A stretch of DNA of 64,000 nucleotides from Limisphaerales bacterium (GTDB lineage: Bacteria; Verrucomicrobiota; Verrucomicrobiia; Limisphaerales; JAJOIW01), in the NCBI GenBank assembly GCA_965657355.1, contig CBFHOE010000006.1, positions 239,217 through 303,216 on the forward strand, given 5' to 3'. Numbering within the stretch: the first letter of the stretch is position 1; every line of letters starts with the position of its first letter. A model generated the notes under the pieces. The model had not been told where the DNA came from, did no database searches, and saw nothing but the letters and a program-made list of their open reading frames with translations. Shown one piece after another: positions 60,351 to 64,000 of this stretch. A program made the position numbers and the translations under genes.

Positions 60351-62774
60351 CTATTCGCGTCGTTTCTCCTCGGTTTTTGGATAAATTATCACAGATTCGT
60401 ACTGATTTTTTAGCCTCCAGCCGGCATTCGTCGGAAAAATTGTCCAATTACCCGATTTTGAATGAATTCTAATCCAAATATCACTCAGCTCATTTTTCCA
60501 TCGCACGAAGTCCTCGTCCTTAAACTGCTCTTCAACAGGAAATTTAGAATCTCCAACTAAAATCCAGCTCGGGCTGTAATGATTTACGAACCATTTTTCC
60601 AATGGATAATTGGATTTATCCATCGAACATATGATTCCGTCGATTCTCCCTGTAATCGGCATCTCCAGTATCTTAGATTGAGCATGCTTCGATAAAGGGG
60701 GACAAATCAAAATTCCCTTTTCGCCGTTGGACCAGTGAGCCAGAATGGAATGATCAGAGGCCTTGGAAAAAAATTCCTCGTCTTCCCCCCAGTCTGGCAC
60801 GATTAATTTCCAACATTTGCCTAATGGATTATTCTTCAGATTATTAAATTCAACATTAAATTTGATAGAATCTTTAAGAAAATCCCTCCATGCAGGGCTT
60901 CGATAGAATTTCTTTTCTAAACTAATCCATAGGGGGTTGAGGTATCCCCAATCAGCATACGCTTCCATCTGATCTTTGCTGGCATGCCGCAAAACTATGA
61001 CCTCTGGATGTGCTCGAAATGGAATAAATTGTCTTATTTGACTTTGGATAGATTGTCTTCCCACATCGAAAAAGAAATTCTTACCTCTTTTTTGTTCTAT
61101 GCTCAAAACATGACTTCCATCTCCAGAGACACTACGGACAATCATTTCCGGGTTTGAATTTAGATTTATAATTTGAGGCAATATCAATCCAATTCCAGAG
61201 ACGACCCAAATAATTTTGTTTTTGTCGCTATGTTTCGTCCATACGAGGAGACTTAACCAAAGCCAAAGGTAAAATATAGCCCAGTAGTAAATATTGTTCA
61301 TATGTGGGTTTACAGTATTCCAGTTTTGCTGAGCAGAGAGCTTGGCTAGGTTAGACATTTGATTAATTAGAAAATACCCGAGCTCAAAAAAGTTTCTGCT
61401 TACCCATTCCCCACACCAAATCGATGTCCATCCCAACAAAATGGAAAGCAAGGCGATACTTGTAATAGGCACCATTATTATATTTAGAATAATTCCTGAT
61501 ACGTGAAATTCTCCAAAAGCTAATGACGTGATTGGTAAAGTGCCGGTCCAACATACTAATGAAAGAAATATCAGCCCGGTTATATATTTTGCGGAGGACT
61601 CAGAAATCCTACTCAATTTAGGTTGATATTTCTTTGGTAAAAGAGGATCACAGAAATTGATTTTTTTTGAAATCGATCTTAATTGAGGTGAAAAATAAAT
61701 AATCCAAAAAACTGCAGAAAATGAGTAAAGAAAACCTAATTCAAATAATGCCTTAGGAAAGATAAAGAGGTAACACAGAGCTGCCAAATGGAGCGAGTTT
61801 GGCCAATGATTTGGACGGTGTTGTGCATATCCAAGCAATACTATGGATGCCATTATCCCAGCTCGAACAGCTGAAGGTGGTGCTCCGACAAAAAATATAT
61901 ATGCCCAAATGATTGGAATGGAAGCAATGCTGACACTCCCTCTCTTCGAAAGAAATAGGTTAAGTATTTGAAATGTCACTGCAGTAATTATCCCAACATG
62001 CAAGCCGCTAATGGCAAATAAATGGCTTGTCCCAGATGCCCTGAATGGCGCGATATCCTGGTGGAAATTTTTATTTTTCATTCCAAGGCTTAACCCAGCC
62101 ATTAGCCTTGTTACCTCATCATCAGCATGCATTATGCCTGCTAGCCGAGAGTATAAAACGGATTTTAAATCGTTGACTTTTTTATGAGGTCTCTGTTTGG
62201 AAGTTGAGTCGTTTAATATCTTGAATGATCCATGACTTCCAATAGATAAATGTGGAACTAATGCATGTTTGTTTTTTTTCAATCGAACAACGCCCGTTGC
62301 ATAGAAATACCTATTTTCAAAATCCTCCTGATTTATCAGATGTTTTTCATTTATTTTAATTCGTAACGAGCCGGAGGTCGTTTCCCATCTATTATTTAGA
62401 TCGCTTTTAAAATATAGACATTCTGCATTGAAATTTTCCCATTTGATTTTTTCGGACTGCGGGTTGAGATCTTTATCTCCCTTTTTAATTCGCCCATAAA
62501 CCTGGGCAATGACGGGGTAATTTGGCAACGAATACCGTAAATTATTTTCAGCGTACACACCACTTTGGACACAGAAAGATAGATAACCTGCCGTGCAACA
62601 TCCGGTATTATAGACAATACCTTTGAAGTCATACTTCCGAATGACACAATACACAGCAATACAAAAGCCGCAGACAATAAATATTTTTGGCTCGAGTAAA
62701 CTATTTCCTATCAAAATGCCAAAAGCGTACGCGACTATCGTTCCCAAAATCGGACTAAAAAAATTCTCTCTCAC
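60351..62774 (-). CDS. comEC: ComEC/Rec2 competence protein
   Basis: FRASGTSHLFAISGLHVG, PSAVRAGIM, GFLYSF, ILNII; multiple TMs; degenerate C-terminal MBL-like region. Confidence 0.88.
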   Translation of the reverse strand: MRENFFSPILGTIVAYAFGILIGNSLLEPKIFIVCGFCIAVYCVIRKYDFKGIVYNTGCCTAGYLSFCVQSGVYAENNLRYSLPNYPVIAQVYGRIKKGDKDLNPQSEKIKWENFNAECLYFKSDLNNRWETTSGSLRIKINEKHLINQEDFENRYFYATGVVRLKKNKHALVPHLSIGSHGSFKILNDSTSKQRPHKKVNDLKSVLYSRLAGIMHADDEVTRLMAGLSLGMKNKNFHQDIAPFRASGTSHLFAISGLHVGIITAVTFQILNLFLSKRGSVSIASIPIIWAYIFFVGAPPSAVRAGIMASIVLLGYAQHRPNHWPNSLHLAALCYLFIFPKALFELGFLYSFSAVFWIIYFSPQLRSISKKINFCDPLLPKKYQPKLSRISESSAKYITGLIFLSLVCWTGTLPITSLAFGEFHVSGIILNIIMVPITSIALLSILLGWTSIWCGEWVSRNFFELGYFLINQMSNLAKLSAQQNWNTVNPHMNNIYYWAIFYLWLWLSLLVWTKHSDKNKIIWVVSGIGLILPQIINLNSNPEMIVRSVSGDGSHVLSIEQKRGKNFFFDVGRQSIQSQIRQFIPFRAHPEVIVLRHASKDQMEAYADWGYLNPLWISLEKKFYRSPAWRDFLKDSIKFNVEFNNLKNNPLGKCWKLIVPDWGEDEEFFSKASDHSILAHWSNGEKGILICPPLSKHAQSKILEMPITGRIDGIICSMDKSNYPLEKWFVNHYSPSWILVGDSKFPVEEQFKDEDFVRWKNELSDIWIRIHSKSGNWTIFPTNAGWRLKNQYESVIIYPKTEEKRRE

Positions 62775-63076
62775 TCTCTAAACTCACCTTCTCACACCCA
62801 ATCTGGTTTAAGGAATTCGATCTCAATTGATCTTTTACATCTGCAAATCACCAGCAGAATCATTTACTAAACTAGATAGAATTTTTAGTGGAGCCAATAT
62901 TTATTTCACTATGGCTCTGATCTTAAAATGCTTATCGTTATAATCTTGGCGTGGGGGAAAGTGCTCGTTTGTTTTAACCTAAATCTATGATTAAATCCGA
63001 AGCCGTATCCAAAAACATTTTGAATTTCGACAACTAAGATCAAATTTTAAAAAATACGATGAGTGGAGGTCAGATA

Positions 63077-63580
63077 CTAAAATTTGTCGGCTTTAAACTT
63101 AAACCAGGCAAAAAGTAAAAGTAGTGACATGGTAGCCCCAAAGGCGTCGAATCCCACATCAGATATGGCACCAACTCTTGATGGAACAAAGGTTTGGTGG
63201 AATTCATCTGATGCAGCATAAAGTACAGTCAAACACCAAGCCTGCCAGGTTTTCAGCACGGGCCACTTTAGTATTTTCGTTCCCGGTTTTAGGTTCGAAA
63301 AGACTATCGCTCTCCAAAAAAGCAGTGCTAATAAACCAAATTCCCCCATATGTGCGCATTTCCGAATTACCCAGCGAAATAGATTAAGAGTTTCCGTATC
63401 TGCATACGGGAAAAAGAATTTGAGAAGGGGAACAAGAATTCGGCTGGTATTATCACCTGAAAGAATCACTGTCGAACCGATAAAAATCAGTGACATCATC
63501 AATACAGGTGGTAGCCATAAATAAAGCCGTTTAGAAAGCTTCCTGTCACTCCTAGTTACTGCCTCCGAATTCGCGTCCAT
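63077..63580 (-). CDS. VanZ family membrane protein
   Basis: IRKCAHMGEFGLL, YAASDEFHQTFVPSRVG...DVGFD. Confidence 0.9.
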   Translation of the reverse strand: MDANSEAVTRSDRKLSKRLYLWLPPVLMMSLIFIGSTVILSGDNTSRILVPLLKFFFPYADTETLNLFRWVIRKCAHMGEFGLLALLFWRAIVFSNLKPGTKILKWPVLKTWQAWCLTVLYAASDEFHQTFVPSRVGAISDVGFDAFGATMSLLLLFAWFKFKADKF

Positions 63581-63607
63581 GGAATATATCCATCTTGTGA
63601 ATTTTTT

Positions 63608-64000
63608 TTATGTCGTTCCTTTGATGTCCAACTTATCTAAAAGATGACTAATTCTGATTTTTTCAGTATGGGCTTTATCCTCGTCTCTGAATTCTTCGAT
63701 TTGCTTGAGCAGTAATTCAAACCCTGGAGAATCTTTCGCGAATTCTTGTTGGATAGTGGAGAGGTTTTGTCCCTTTGCGCATCTCATCGCATTAATAACA
63801 TCAAAACATGAAATTTGATCTATCGGTCTTGCTGGAACAACAGCTAATTCTTTTTCCTCACCTACAGTTCTTAATAAATGATGGTGGATAAGGATATTAA
63901 TCGTTTCTTTAATTAACGGACTTGGGATCTTTGTAATGCGGGCAAGTTGCTCATTTGTGGGTGGTTTTTTCCCCTCTGCAAAAAACTTTCCAGCTAGGGC
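63608..64000 (-). CDS. C-terminal part of a protein with an Rrf2-like wHTH (probably YihY/BrkB family); not in the ORF track
   Basis: Open frame from the window end: ALAGKFFAEGKKPPTNEQLARITKIPSPLIKETINIL...VVPARPIDQISCFDVINAMR...GTT, stop at 63608-63610. Confidence 0.65.
   Translation of the reverse strand, partial: ALAGKFFAEGKKPPTNEQLARITKIPSPLIKETINILIHHHLLRTVGEEKELAVVPARPIDQISCFDVINAMRCAKGQNLSTIQQEFAKDSPGFELLLKQIEEFRDEDKAHTEKIRISHLLDKLDIKGTT

Noticed and set aside
100..63387. Numerous 60-140 aa ORFs antisense to or overlapping the called genes (for example 7268-7696, 30295-30657, 33538-33912)
   Set aside because: Shadow frames of well-supported genes with no recognisable motifs.
63077..63580. 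Glycopeptide resistance cluster (VanZ near alr and an ATP-grasp ligase)
   Set aside because: VanZ-like proteins are widespread, this one is more than 5 kb from the ligase, the ligase is PurD-like rather than Ddl-like, and there is no vanHAX or vanRS.

Overview
About 64 kb of moderately AT-rich, gene-dense bacterial chromosome. The DUF1501/PSD1 cytochrome pair, the CotH, DUF6807 and VTC-DUF4956 genes and the multidomain TPR glycosyltransferase suggest a PVC-superphylum organism, probably Verrucomicrobiota (inference). Housekeeping genes are purC (partial), pyrF, lpxD, a surA-like PPIase, mutL, tRNA-His, alr, leuB and comEC. Accessory modules: (1) VTC-DUF4956-HlyD followed by an ArnT/PAP2/GT2/LAB_N lipid A remodelling set; (2) an MnmC(o)-like oxidase paired with an MnmM-like methyltransferase; (3) a light/UV repair cluster after tRNA-His (DUF2256, PNPOx-like, TIGR03643, Lhr-core, PdeM, inverted-topology photolyase); (4) the best candidate for an undescribed system, a tight operon of a substrate-switched PurD-like ATP-grasp ligase, alanine racemase and an ATE/Bpt-like aminoacyl-tRNA transferase. 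MutL has lost its endonuclease motifs. No CRISPR array, rRNA, integrase or transposase was seen. All family calls come from motifs recognised by eye, not from database searches.
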